Origin: Nemertoderma westbladi
Taxonomy: Eukaryota; Animalia; Xenacoelomorpha
Assembly (NCBI GenBank): GCA_032718475.1
Contig: JAUCBJ010004651.1
Span: 79,253-143,252 of the forward strand
Length of the DNA stretch: 64,000 nt
Reading direction: 5' to 3'
Shown here: positions 25,893 through 38,731 of the stretch, piece by piece
How positions within the stretch are numbered: the stretch's first letter is position 1
How the letters are laid out: each line of letters starts with the position of its first letter
Made by a program: the position numbers and the translations under genes
Notes under the pieces: model-generated
Told to the model about the DNA's origin: nothing
The model's database searches: none
What the model saw: only the letters and a program-made list of their open reading frames with translations

Positions 25893-26024
25893 GCGGAGAA
25901 GAGGAGCTGCGGTCTGCAAGGTCAGCACTGTTTCGCGGGAAACGGGGGTGGAGGATGCTGTTCTGGCTTCTCTTGTTCATGGCATTATCCAATGGGCGCT
26001 AGATGCTTGTTCGAACGGAAGTAG
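25893..26024 (+). CDS. Knottin prepropeptide exon 3: AEKR|SCGLQGQHCFAGNGGGGCCSGFSCSWHYPMGARCLFERK* (ICK toxin-like peptide)
   Basis: Acceptor catatttttcag|GCG (phase 0). A dibasic KR site precedes C-X6-C-X8-CC-X4-C-X9-C, the canonical inhibitor-cystine-knot framework. GC-rich island in AT-rich DNA; TAG at 26022-26024. Confidence 0.85.
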   Translation, partial: AEKRSCGLQGQHCFAGNGGGGCCSGFSCSWHYPMGARCLFERK

Positions 26025-26138
26025 AATAACCACCGGTAGCATTACCAACTCTATCGGAATGATTTGATTTATGAACAGGTGGACTGTTCGACGGTTTTGT
26101 CAATTTTGTGACAGTAAATTTCTTACTTAATGTTGTAT

Positions 26139-26144
26139 AATAAA
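26139..26144 (+). promoter_or_regulatory. Candidate polyadenylation signal of the knottin gene
   Basis: AATAAA ~115 nt after the stop codon. Confidence 0.55.
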
Positions 26145-26366
26145 ACGAAGCTCTGGCAGTCACTAACGTTCCCCAAATAACATTATTTATTCGTCATTTC
26201 AAATCCAAGTAATTTTCATTAAAAGGAATAACATCGAACATTCTTTACAGGTCTGGCATATGCAGAGCAGACGCACTGTGCTGTACTTTGATAATAAAAT
26301 TTTACTTAATAGGCCTACAGTATGATGCGTTGTCAGCAATTACAAGTCATTCAGACCGGAGCGCGA

Positions 26367-26465
26367 CTACTACTACTACTACTAGGATCGGCATGCTGCA
26401 TTGCAGCTGCATTTTTAAGAATGCTGTGCCGGCTTGTCAACAAAATTGCACCGCCACAAAATTGC
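26367..26465 (-). mobile_element. 99-bp 5'-truncated LINE copy with 12-bp TSD
   Basis: Matches the 3' end of the 22095 LINE; flanked by ACCGGAGCGCGA at 26355-26366 and 26466-26477. Confidence 0.85.
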
Positions 26466-26554
26466 ACCGGAGCGCGAACTTTGTTCCTAACAAAGTTCGC
26501 AAAGTTGTTGAGAATTGTGTTCCACACCGAATTTTGTCCCTATGAAAAATAATT

Positions 26555-26820
26555 GTGGGGTGAGCGACGAAAGTAAGCGAGCTTAGCATACAGGTACCAC
26601 TAACTCTATCGGTGTGTCTGTTACTCTGTTGTTCTGTCGATCTGTTGATCTGTTGTTCTGTCGTTCTGTTGTTCTGTTGTGTCCAATTTTAAACGTTAAT
26701 AACCCAGCCAAATGTTAATGAAATTTAACCAAACTTGGTACACATGTAGTTCTGCAAAAGTTTAGAAATTTTCCCAGTTGAATTTCCATGTGGCCTTCGA
26801 GAAGCTTAGATAATAGCAAT
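26555..26820 (+). mobile_element. Helentron/DINE-like non-autonomous element fragment (related copy at ~21855-22030)
   Basis: Shared head GTGGGG(T/C)GAGC(G/C)ACGAAAGTAAGCG, a TCTGTT microsatellite, and the core motif AAATTTAACCAAACTTGGTACACATG. Confidence 0.5.
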
Positions 26821-28899
26821 TAATTAGTTAATTAAGTTGATTACGGTAAAAACTGCATTTTAAACCTGCCTGTTAAAGGAAATTAATTATTTTACAGTAT
26901 AAGATTTAAATAATTATACTTAAAAATTATACAGATGTAATCCACATACCCCATTCTATTATAGTTTTTAATTAGTTCTAGTGATTTGCTTTAATAAATG
27001 TGTCTTTAATTGATCTAAACGTAATTAAAGCGGCACAATTATTGAGTACAAATTTAATCCTGCCCATTATTGGTTAACATAGTCTCTGCGGGGGTGTAAA
27101 GCTGCTAGCTGCTGGGAGATGTTGGTGTAGCCTTATCAGAGGCGAATTGTACTGTAATAGGCAGCCAGTAGTATTGCTATAGCAACCCAGACATAACTCC
27201 AACCATACACTGCCTCTTTTTCAATTCCTATTGACTCTATACTATAAATGTTGTATTACTTACTATCTCAGGTGACAGAAGATATACTGTAATGACTGTT
27301 GTAGGCTTATATCTGAAATAGTTTAATCCGCAATATATTTGTCTGGTTATTTTTTAATTGAATTTTTGCAAAGTAGTAAAATTAATGTTCTTAAAAATAA
27401 TATTATTATTTTATATGTAACCTAGGCAATTAGCTACATTTTTTCGCTGCAGCTTTAAGAGTGTACATTGATTGATTTAATATTATTTCAATACCCATAT
27501 TACTACATCGGCATACGATGCGTTGTATCACACATATCCACATAGATGTATCAACAGTTACTCGTACAGTTTCGAAACTTCGCATAGTTATAACTGTATA
27601 AAGATCGTCAGTCTTGGTTTAGGAAAAATATTTTAATGCAAAACAGGACGAGCGCAACGAGGCATATAATGAAGACGAGTACTGTGTAGACTATATTCCT
27701 ATTAACCATACCTGGCTTCATCTATTGGAGGCATCAGTAGTTATAAAAATCGTCCGTTGGTAAGGCAAAAAACCTGTAATGCATTAACTACCTTTCACAG
27801 CTTAGCCGTGATGATTCATATTACGACATCTAACAGCTGGTTGCTGACATGGAAACAGCCATTAGATGCATGGTTCTTTGTTTGGCTTGAGCCAATCAGA
27901 GCGATTTTTCCTGTCAACGTGTAGCTTTTTAGTCGATCATAAGGAGAGTGTTCAGTCTTACTGTTTTTTCTTGATACTTGGTTGTTATTGCTGTCTAAGC
28001 CAGAAACACCGGCATTTTTTGGATAGATACTGCTGTACCGTAAACTGCTTGAATTATCGAAAGTATAAACTGTTACCGGCGGTGTCACCTTACTTAATTA
28101 ACATACTCACTTAATTTAATTGCAATAATCATATTGTTTGTACTGTTATTTTACCGTCAGTTATTAATTGTAAATATTTGTTGATGGAAATATTGCTATT
28201 TGGATAATACGGATAAATCACCCAATTCCCAATTTTCTTGATAACACTACAGGTTAGAGAGACCGGCTATACATAACAATTGCGATTTATATTAATGTGG
28301 TGTGTATTGAATCCAATGTTATTTAGCAGACCCTACGTGAGTCAATTACTGCTCTCTTTATGTGTGATCAAATGTACTGACTGTCGGCAGAATAGTGTGT
28401 ATGATTGTGACTGGTAACAAAGTATTTCCTAAAGAATACGCTTTATACTTTAATCATAAGCAGTATCGTTGCGTTTAGTATAAGTCCTAGTTCTGTTTAA
28501 ATAGATAAAGCGCCACGTCCTAAAGGAACTGTTAATATTTCCCGAAAGCCAATAATATCTGTCAGAGATTAATTATTAACGATCTATCGAATAATACATT
28601 AGGTATACACTGCAACCTTACACTGTAATAATACAATTCAAGCATCCGAATTCAGTCTCCCGGGTGTAGATCCATCGGGTGAATGATCGCGCATGGGCTG
28701 ACTTCGGCTAATGTTTTGTGTATTAGCATAAATTATTGTCGTATGCTAAAGTGGTTTTAATTAACTAGAAGACATATAAATTTTGGCAGGTTAAACTGCT
28801 AAAGGTCTTCAAAAGCGCGAACAGGTTCTGTCTCACCGTCAACAGTTACTGTTGACGGTTGACTACTGTAGTACCAATAACAAAAATAGAACAAATATC

Positions 28900-29085
28900 T
28901 TTGAACCATCTTACTAATCTGATTGCTGCAAAAATTCCATCAGAAATCCCATGTAATGAAAGTATGCTGAACATACGTGAGCGAGAGACTGAATCAAAGG
29001 GCTTGACGAAGTCAACAAAGCTAACAGCCAGATGTCTGTCTTTCTTTTTGGACAACTCTTCAATTATCCTTCTAAGTGAAAAAAT
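28900..29085 (-). mobile_element. LINE reverse-transcriptase fragment
   Basis: LAVSFVDFVKPFDSVSRSRMFSILSLHGI resembles the non-LTR RT motif FVDFxKAFDSVxR...ILxxYGI. Confidence 0.75.
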
Positions 29086-29124
29086 GGGCTACATGGTCCC
29101 ACGACCTTTATACGGAACCCAAAT

Positions 29125-30055
29125 TATCTCCAGCTACACTCACAACTGATTGAACATCGTCAGCTACAATCACTACTGGTTGAAAATATCCAGCTACAAT
29201 GACAACCGGTTGATCATGTGACGGGACTGACGGAGTTGGCAGTATCAGCTCCCGACCGGTGTAGGTTGTACGCGTCGTCACGTTTGTAAGCTGCTGGCTG
29301 AATGATGGATACGTTAGGCCGAAGGCTGTTGAAAAACAAAGATTTAAATTGTCAGTGTTTATAATCACAGCGGTTGATAATAGCACAGTCTGAATATAAT
29401 AATATGCAATGCAAAATAACAGTAACAATGATATAGTAACAGCGTAATAACGACGGTCAAAAACTATTCCGGTCTCACACCGTAAGGGAATCAACTAACT
29501 CAACTAACTAATAATCAGTGATTACAAGAGTTATATCATTGACACATATTGGTTTTAGCCCTACACTACTGGGCAGCCTCTAATACCCAATGGATGCGCT
29601 CTTGTCCTCCCCAATGTGCTTTCCTGCCCGCTATTGGCTTATATACTAATTGTCACTTCGCCACTCCCTGTTGGTGTTACCCCTTGGTGCTAGCCTCACT
29701 AGCTGGTTTCTCCCTCTGAGGTGGTTTGACCTCTCACCTCTCTCTGTGGCTTACGGCGTGTATCCCCCCCCCCCCCCAGTTGGTTATGAGGTGAGATTAT
29801 TATTGGTCATCTCACGTCGTCAGCTATATTTGTAAAATGCCACTAGTCCCTTTTTCGGTGGGTAGTGCATGTAATTGAATTCACTACCAGTTGAACATCT
29901 CCAGCTATACTCACTACCGGTTGAACATCTCCAGCGACACACACAACCGGTTGAACATCTCCAGTTACACTCACTACCACTTGAACAGCTCCAGTTACAC
30001 TCAGTTCTGGTTGAACATCTTCAGCTACACTCACTACTAGAGGATATCTACAGCT
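29125..30055. repeat. 30-bp minisatellite (CAGCTACACTCACAACCGGTTGAACATCTC) interrupted by ~660 bp of unrelated sequence (~29217-29880)
   Basis: Units at 29125-29216 resume at ~29881-30055. Confidence 0.7.
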
Positions 30056-30094
30056 CTATAAAGTAACTTGTAATGGTCCAGTAGACTTGTAAAT

Positions 30095-30312
30095 AATCTT
30101 GTACTTTGGAAGTCTCATGGAGTGAATAAGCATGGTGGACAGCCCATGACTTTCTCGAGACGCATCTCAAAGGACACTGGCCTTGAAGATGCGGATGATC
30201 TAGCAAATGTCATGGGTGATAAGGAGTTGTGGGGGTATAATTTTGTGGACAAGCTGGCACAGCATTCTTAAAATGCACCTGCAATACAGCGTGCCGATCC
30301 TAGTAGTAGTAG
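30095..30312 (+). mobile_element. 5'-truncated LINE copy (second family) with TGTAAAT TSD
   Basis: Homologous to 22095-22316; tail TAGTAGTAGTAG; TGTAAAT at 30088-30094 and 30313-30319. Confidence 0.8.
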
Positions 30313-30984
30313 TGTAAATGGATCCCCCCCACCCCCAGATTTTAATAAGCCTTATAAATAAAATTAGAATAAGCTTAAATAAGCTTTACACCTTTCCAGC
30401 TATTTAAATATACTGTTAGGTGTTGAGTAGATAACCTATTCATTTAATACTAATACCGTAGACCTACTTCAAAACTCACTCCATTAATTATTTCAAGGCC
30501 AATTATCCTATCATATTGTGGCAAACAAACGGGCATTTTCGGGGTTTTATCAGAACGAATCATTAAAAGTCCCTCTGGCATTTAACTAATAAGAAACCCC
30601 CCAATATCTAATTTAAGGGGTTTTATCAGAAATTAAATCCCATATTGAAGGTGCTTAAACAGAGTTTTTTCCTATTTAGGTGGTTTTAACAGATCAAGCG
30701 ATTTTTTGACGGGATCTTATTTTGAGTTTTTCTCGGTTTAAGGCTGTTTTAACTTCTGGGGTTTTATTAGAAGGTGGATATCAATCTAAGGTACCAGAAA
30801 CACCAAAAACCTGAAAGTGGCCAAAAATCGACTTAAGGTATTTTACCAGATTACCCACGATAATAAATTTGGTAAATAGGTACCCAAGGTGTATTAATGA
30901 TATTTATTTGCACTTGCACTGTTGTAACCCATGACTGCAATATTGTCCCATAATTCTAAATAAAATGCTCACGCAAAATGCAAT

Positions 30985-31149
30985 ATTTTATTCTCGATAT
31001 TTTTCAACATTCGATATTTTAACTCTCGATAATTTTACTCTCTATATTTTTCAACACTCGATATTTTTACTCTCGATTAACACTCGATATTTTTACTCTC
31101 GATTAACACTCGATATTTTTCAACACTTGATATTTTTCATCTCGCGTTA
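30985..31149. repeat. 15-17-bp tandem repeat (TTTTTACTCTCGATA / TTTTTCAACACTCGATA), left half of the BEL target site
   Basis: The same array resumes at ~40630-40782 on the other side of the retrotransposon. Confidence 0.8.
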
Positions 31150-31925
31150 TGTTGGAAGAGACGTACCTAATACACGGAATCCTGCAATATCATACTGTAA
31201 AGTCTGTGAATCAAAGCATAAATCCAACCTTCTCACCAAAACAGTAAACTCTAAGTAAGCAAATCTATTGCAGTATCGGTCTCTTATAACCAGTGAGGCA
31301 GAAGACAGTCTACGAACGGACAAACTTCGATAAAACAAAATCCCGCGCAGCGAATCCTAAAATCGTGCTGACTCACTGACGGACTAAAGGCGCTCGTATA
31401 CTTTGCCGCGGTGTGATTTATATGGGGTGGGTGAGGGTTGCTAGCTAAGGGTCTAACTAGCGGGCAAACTGCAGTACGGACAAAATTATTTTATATATTT
31501 CGAGGTGTAAATAATTCTTAACGCGTGTGTGTTTTGATTCTAACAGTCGAAATCGGTTTTAGATCCTTCACATATATAATTACTGGGTCCGGTGTACATT
31601 TTACAAATATTCTAATTTTGTAGTTTGTAGGTCCAATACTCACAAATGATAAGGCTCCTTCCCCTTTTGTGTATTTCCAGGACTCAAATTCAGGCATAAG
31701 GTTAATACTACGCACGGAATTCGGCAATTTAATTTAACAGGTCCCTAATACTAAGAAGAAATGTGTTAGTTTATTACAGTAGGCGTACAGTTACGAATAT
31801 CTAGCCTGGCTTTCTATCTAGAATTTTGGTTGCCTAGGTGGGCACGGCAACTCCTTATCAGAATGTCGGCGGGGACACGGTAGATGTTAGTATCCCTAAT
31901 AGCCTTAATTTATATGTGCGCCTAG
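31150..31925 (-). repeat. 3' LTR remnant (distal 776 bp)
   Basis: Near-identical to 38732-39490; I noted five substitutions and a 17-bp indel. Confidence 0.9.
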
Positions 31926-32029
31926 AGATGAGATTTATGACAAATTAAGCCATTATAAATTATCGGACTCCAACTCAATATTGGTGATGACTTGATTGGT
32001 TGACCTTGACTTATGGATGTGAATTCGCT

Positions 32030-35000
32030 GAGCTTGTAGCTCAGCGCGTGGTGTCGTCATGTACTTAGTAGGCATGGTCTTAGCCTTAGAAGTAATGAGC
32101 GAAACATCGAACTCATCTGAGTCTACTTGTCTGCGCAGATACGCTGTAACTCCAAAGCCGTTGTCACTGGTGTCGGAAAAACAATGTAATTCTAAGTTGT
32201 CAAGAAATGTCGTCTGTAATGGAAAATATACCCGGGGTATGGAATAATCTTCTAGTGAAGACAATTGTGCCTCCCATAAGTCCTCATAAGTTTTCCATAA
32301 GTCTACTTGTTCTGATGAGATCGGTTTGTCCCATGTCAGTCCATCTTTCCAAATACTGCGCATGTATATTCTTGCTTGCAGTATTATTGGGCTGATAAAA
32401 CCTAATGGATCGAACAATCTACTCAGTTTTGACAAGCAAGACCTCTTTGTCAGAGAATCTCCTTGAGCGTCCAGTCTTACTTTCATTCGAAAGTTGTCTG
32501 TGTTCGGATCCCAAAATAGTCCCAACACTTTTGTCGTTGGTAGTGGTTCGAATTCCAAATCAATGTCACCACCCCCACATTCGGTCGTTTCGAATGAATT
32601 CACTAATTCGGTACTATTTGAAGCAAACTTGGTGAGGTTAAAACCTCCGCCTGCTAAACAGTCCCGTAATTGATGTGCTACTGTTATAGCACGTTCTACT
32701 GTGTCACAACTTTGTAATCCATCGTCAACGTAAAAGTCTCGTTCTACTATTTGGATTACCTCTGGGTCATACTTATGTTTCTGGTCCCTAGCGGTCTGCT
32801 TTAGGGCGTACATAGTACAATTTGGGCTGTCTCTGGCACCGAATACGCGAACTTGGTTGACTTAAGTCTCCATCCGGGTACCAGAGGAACCTCAAACTGT
32901 CTCTGTCTCGCTCTAATGCTTGCACTTGGTGAAACATCGCTTCTACGTCGCAAGTAAATGCTACTTGACGTTGACGGAAGCGCATAATCACCCCCATGAG
33001 ATAATTATTCATGTTTGGTCCATCCATCAACTCCGTATTGAGAGACATTCCCTCAAAAAGAGCCGCGCAGTCATTAACTATGCGTACCTTTTCTGGTTTG
33101 TCGGGGTGTCTCACATAGTGATGTGGCAAGTAGTATGTCTGATCTGTCACAATCTCTGGGTTTGTCATTCGGATAGCGTACCCTTTTGTCAAATACGTCT
33201 CCATTTGAGTATTGTACTGTAAATGGGCTTTCTCGTCCTTTAATAAACGTTGTCGTATTGAGTTTAAACGTTTTAAGGCTAGCGGATAATTATTTATAAG
33301 TTTAGGACATTGGTTACGCCATAACATCCCTACCTCATAATGTCCGTCTTTCGTCTGGCGGATAGTATCTTCCATGATCTTTAAAGATTGTTTCTCTTGT
33401 TCCGACATACATGGTTCGTAACTACCTGGTTCAGCGGTATCTTGTTCCAACCATTTGATAGTTTTCTCTGTTAATTCTTTGTCCAGTGCAGCTTGTTCCA
33501 CTTGACAATTTCTTAATGCGTCGGCATCGACGGGCATTGATAAAGTTATTGGTTTAGGTAGACTCGCAAGCCTTCCGGCGTTATCATCAAACTTACCAAA
33601 CATCAATCTCTAAACTTACCTTTTTGTGGAGTGGTTTCTGCTCTTTGTGACTTATTGTACTTGCTACACACGTCGTACTTGTAACATTGTCGTGTTTTGT
33701 CGAACGTTGTGTAGTATAGTCTCTGTCGTTTGAAAAGGAATGAGTCAAAGTTGTAGTTAATAAACTACATGTACTTTGCACATCATCTTCCTCATCACTT
33801 ATATCTAGTGTGCGCACAGGAGCTCGAGTATACCAACCTATCGGCGTTCTGCAGGCGTATGCGTTTCCTGCTACGACTACCGATGGTCTGGTTTCCCACA
33901 CTTGATATAAGTTGAATTGGTCTGTCCCGATCAGCATTGCTACTGACCTGTAATTAACAGGACATTCAGGTACACCAAGGTGTCTAAAATACTTACGGTC
34001 CTCCAAGGGTTGTTCTGGCACAGGACCCAGTAGGTTACTAAAGTCCTTTGTGGCCGCAAAGGTTAAATCCTTAAAAGGTAGCAAAGACCTCTCCTCTTCG
34101 CTATGTTGCGATTTTGGAAGAAAGGTGTCCAAGTTTAACTTAACTCTTGTCACTGGTATTGCACGTTGTCCATGCGTACTACTTACAGTATATCTGACGT
34201 TCTTACCTTGTTGAAGGTCCGTCACGACGTCAGCTACCTTCTCATCCACGTAGCTGTGAGATGAGGCTGAATCCAAAATAGCGTAGATCCGTTTGCTCCC
34301 TTTGGTGCCCATAATCTTAACAGGAATTACGCTAAATCCCTTCAGTTGATCAGGCGTCAGAAGCGCAATCAATGGTTGTTCGTCCCCAGTGTTGAAATAT
34401 ACGTCGTCGTCTTCGGACTCTTCATCCGACGACCCGGATTGTTCTGGGAAACAATCCCGTATATGCGTCACAAAAGTTGGTGTTGTTTTCGATTCTCGTG
34501 TCTTGTATGCAGTGTTGCATTTCGCTGCTGCTTCTGGGTGTTCCCTGGTGAAGCGTTTCATCGGTGTATGACTATCCGTGTGGAGCAAAGCGTCATGATT
34601 GCGTCCACATGAAGGACAGGTGTCCATATTTGGGCAATCCTTGCGGACATGTCCGTGTTGTGTACACCTCCAACAAGAATCTAACGGCCTTATTTGTAGC
34701 CGTCGTTCTTCTGAGTTTAACTCGCGAAATAGTCGACATCCCCTTAACTTATGGCTAGTATGCCGCTTACCCATCCGCTCGCAGTATTGACAACCGCTGA
34801 AGTCGGCAGTTAGTTGCTGTCTAGTCTGTTTGATCCCAATAGGTGGGGACACTTTACAACCGTCGGAAAATTGTCGGGTTTCTGTTGGTGTAGCGTAGGT
34901 GACCGTCCTTGTGGATGTCGTCTGTGGGTTTTGTCGGTTGGAAGATGGCAAAGTAGATATTAATAGGTAGACATCTTCCAATCTCAAAAATCCACCCTTT

Positions 35001-37890
35001 TCTTCTCGCTGATACTCGATCTTTCTCCACTCCCTACGAAGTCGATGGTGTAGTCTCCCTATTATTTTCAATAGGACTGTAGGAGTGTTTGCGTAATCAA
35101 GTTGTCCAATTGATCGTAACGTCGTAATGGCGTTCTTAATTTCGTCAGCTAGTTTCAGTAAGTCAATGGGTTTTGTAATAGCCCCCCCCCCCCTTACAGA
35201 GTTCCTCTATTACCGACTTGGCCATACTTACTGTACCTCCGTAAATTGAAGTTAAGCGATCGTAAGCTAATTCAAAGGCGTCTGGTACACCGACAAAAGT
35301 CTCTGCTAGACGTTTTGGTTCTCCCGTCAGTGTTTTAAGCAGATAATTGAACTTTTCCCTCGATGTAAACGCACATGCGGCAATTTGAGATTCGATATAA
35401 TCCACAAACGTATGCCAATGCTTGGAGTTACCGGAGAACTTTGGTGGTTGCTGCACTGGTAGTCCTTGCCTAGCTGCGAATTTAGCTATCTCCTCAGCGA
35501 CATTCAAAGCTTCGCGTCCTTGGGTGGCAATCAAGTTAATATTCTCCCGTCTTGGCGCTTTCCTTTGGTACGAAGTATTTCTTGAAGGTATCGCTCTTTG
35601 CGGATCCTTCGGATTTCTAGTGTGTTCGAATTCTGTATTTCTCGAACTATCGGTTTGAGCTTCCTCTAAGCGTTCTTCGATCTGGGCCAACTTGTTGACA
35701 ACTGGTCGCATTAGGTCGGCGAATTGTTGCGTACAAATCACGTCCGTTGGTTGTAACGCTTTCTGTGGTGGTGTATTTTGTGGAGGATCATTCATAAAGG
35801 AATTATCTGAACACTCACGTTTGCATTCATCGGCCGCTCCTGTTCTAAACACCTCGCGTTCGGGATAATCCGATTCGCTTGAAGTACTACTAATGCCTGG
35901 ATACGGTGGCGACGTGCTCGCGTCCATTGTGTCGTCCGAATTCTAACATTCCGTTTTGAAACATCGTCTACTGGTCTCCGTCGTTCGGTAGGCTCGCAAG
36001 TCTTCCTCGAAGTCGTAGATTGTGATGTAAACTGGTTAAGCGGTCGCGTGTCTACTGGTCTCCCTTGTTCGGTAGGCTCACAAGTCTTCCTCGAAGTTGT
36101 AGATTGCGATGTAAACTGAAACTGTGGTCGCGTAATGGCGTTTGCGTCTAAAGTCCTCGTAGGTCTAAACACGGTTGGGTTTGCGTAGTGAGTGACAGGT
36201 TTGGGTGTTGAAAGTTGACTCACCTGTTTAATCGTCAGTAATGCAGGCCCTGCCAATAAACTGCTACGATCTGTATTTGGCAGGTTACTTACCTTGACTT
36301 TCGGAATAGGCGATGACGTTGCTCTTCGCGGTATAAACTTGTCCGGAATAACAAACCTGTGTTCCGTCGCATCGTGTATAGGAGATATACTGCTACTACC
36401 CGCAATCGAAACAGGTCCTTTATTCGTAATTGGTGCAAACATAGGTGTTACTTGAGGAAATCGTTGACATAAGTCTTTAACTATTTCCCGTTCTCGCTCA
36501 GGTGCTCCTACGCTTCCTTCCTTTATTCGTTCCTGAATTTGATGATGCCTTACCTCTATCCGGTCTAGATCGTGTCCGTCTCGAGATCTCATTGATCGAT
36601 CGCGGGCTTGAAGATCCAGATCTTCCTTGGCGTTGGCTAATTCTCTCGCCTTCTTTTCGAGTTCGAAGTGAAGTTTAACTTCTTCTCGCGTTGTTCCGTC
36701 TGTTGTTGTTGCGCCTTAAACTCCGCTAGTCGTATAGCTGATTGAGCCTTTATCTGTCATTTTCTCAACTCGGCTCGGGCTTCCGAAACTCGCTTTTGTT
36801 CTTCCAACTCTGCTGCTTGTCGTTCCAACTCAGCTGTTGCTGCTCGTTGCGCTAACTCAGCTGCCGTTGTTTGCTGTGCTATTTCTAGCTCTAACCTTTC
36901 CATCTCAGCTGCTTCTAGTTCGGCTGCTTCTTGCAGATGAGAGATTCTCGCAACATTTGCGACGCGTAGTTTCTCTTCCTCTACAGCTGCTTGTACAGTT
37001 AATAATTGAGTTTGTTCCTCAATTTCTCGTTGTTGTCTGTAGAACTGTTGTTGCTGTCGAGAAATTTCTGACGTTACCATACTCACCTCGCCAATTTCGC
37101 TGCGAATACTCACCAATGATTGATCCAGTTTCCAGATCCAGATTCCCGGTGCCAGTTCGATTTGTACGGGTGAAGTTTCCCTCGTAGCCTCCGGCACAGT
37201 TTCCCAATCTCCGACGTCTTCGCCGCACATATGTAAGTGATCCGTCAGGTATTTCAATTGTCCATCCAGTCTGTACAGTTCCTGTTCTTCCTCGGGTTGC
37301 AATAATTTGTCGGAAACTGACTAACCTAACAACTGATCCTCTTGTTCTTGTTGAATCAGTCTAACGGCCGTCTTAAACTGAATTAGTTTCTCCCTAGCGA
37401 TTATTAATTTCTCGAGGATCTTAAACTGTGTGTCCGTATCCTGTCTTTGTCTAGCTAGATCTTGTAGACTGATTAGGTTACTTACGGACTTATGTACTTT
37501 ACTCTGTACTCTAACCTGTAAGGTATAGAACTCGAACCGGGACATCGGAGCGGTCAACTCGTTTAATATGCGTTGGACTTCTCCAATACTCCTGGTGATA
37601 TGCGCCATGTATCCTCCGAAGCTTCTAACAACGCTCTCTTGGCTTCCTACTGAACTTACCATGTCCGTTTCCCTTTATCTAGGTTGCGGAACTGTTAGAA
37701 AATCCTCAGTCCTGCCGTCGCCTCGTACTATGGCATCCGGTACTCCCGTTGGATGTACTGGTGACGCACACGGTGTAGGTTCGGTAGGCTCGCGAGTGTT
37801 CCCTTGTGGTTCTTCCGCTACTGACTTATCTGCGTCACATGAGTCATAGTCGGTATGTGTATTCTTCGTATAGTCCTGTTTGTCACTCAT
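32030..37890 (-). pseudogene. BEL/Pao gag-pol, broken into at least 8 ORF pieces
   Basis: Coiled-coil N-terminus and Gag PPKFSGNSKHWHTF. Three Cys/His knuckles (CQYC..H..C, CWRCTQHGHVRKDC, CPSCGRNHDALLH). Protease ILDSAS. RT YYLPHHYV..KVRIVNDC..DVEAMFHQV..FYVDD. RNase H LHCFSDTS..TPRAELQA, then truncated. Confidence 0.92.
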
Positions 37891-38731
37891 TTCAGTAGTT
37901 GTAAGTCAAGTAAAATGAGAGTGTCAAAGTATCAAACTTACCGTATTTATATCAAAACGGTACTAATTACAATTCAAACATATAAAATTAGCCTACCGGC
38001 CGATTTTATAGCAAATGGATAAAATTAGCCTAGCTGCCAATTTTACAGCAAATAAATGTCACGGAATAAGTATATAATAAAATTAGCCTATCGGCCAATT
38101 TTATAACAAATAAATCGGATAACAATATATGTTATCAAAATGTAATTCAAACACAAATGATACGGACTAATTCAGCAATAAACAAAGAAATCGTACGGAA
38201 TGCATAAATACTTGAGACAGTGGAACCCACAATAATTTTAACTAATACGGTAATGCCTAACTGATTAATGCAACCTTTCGAACTTACCCCCTCCAAAATT
38301 CTCCAGAAAAACAGATTCCCAGATACAAACCGGACGTGAACCTTTCCGTTTCCAGCGTTGCGGACGAAGTGCGATTTTCCCCAACCAAAATTGTTGAGTT
38401 ATCAATCTCCCAAACTTGCTAAACACGGTCTTGCTCCTGTTACAGTCTAGAAATGAACTCTGAATCCTGAAAAACAAAAGAGTTTGGTTTTACTTTTACG
38501 AAAAATTTTGTACCGGTACAATATGGTATTTAAACCCTTTTGAAACACCGGTATTCAATTCCAAATATTTTACACACGGTTCAAATCAAAATTTTATTCA
38601 AAAAATCAGCACTTAGCTAATCAAATACAAATTTTTACCTCAAAATACAAATTTTTTCAAATAATTTTTGTCCTACTGAACTATAGTTCAGTAAAACACA
38701 TTCCTACTGTTGTGTAAAACCACATTCCTAC

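Noticed and set aside
29217-29880. Solo LTR starting TGTGACGGGA
   Set aside because: No matching inverted 3' end or TSD could be found; recorded only as an unexplained insertion in a minisatellite.
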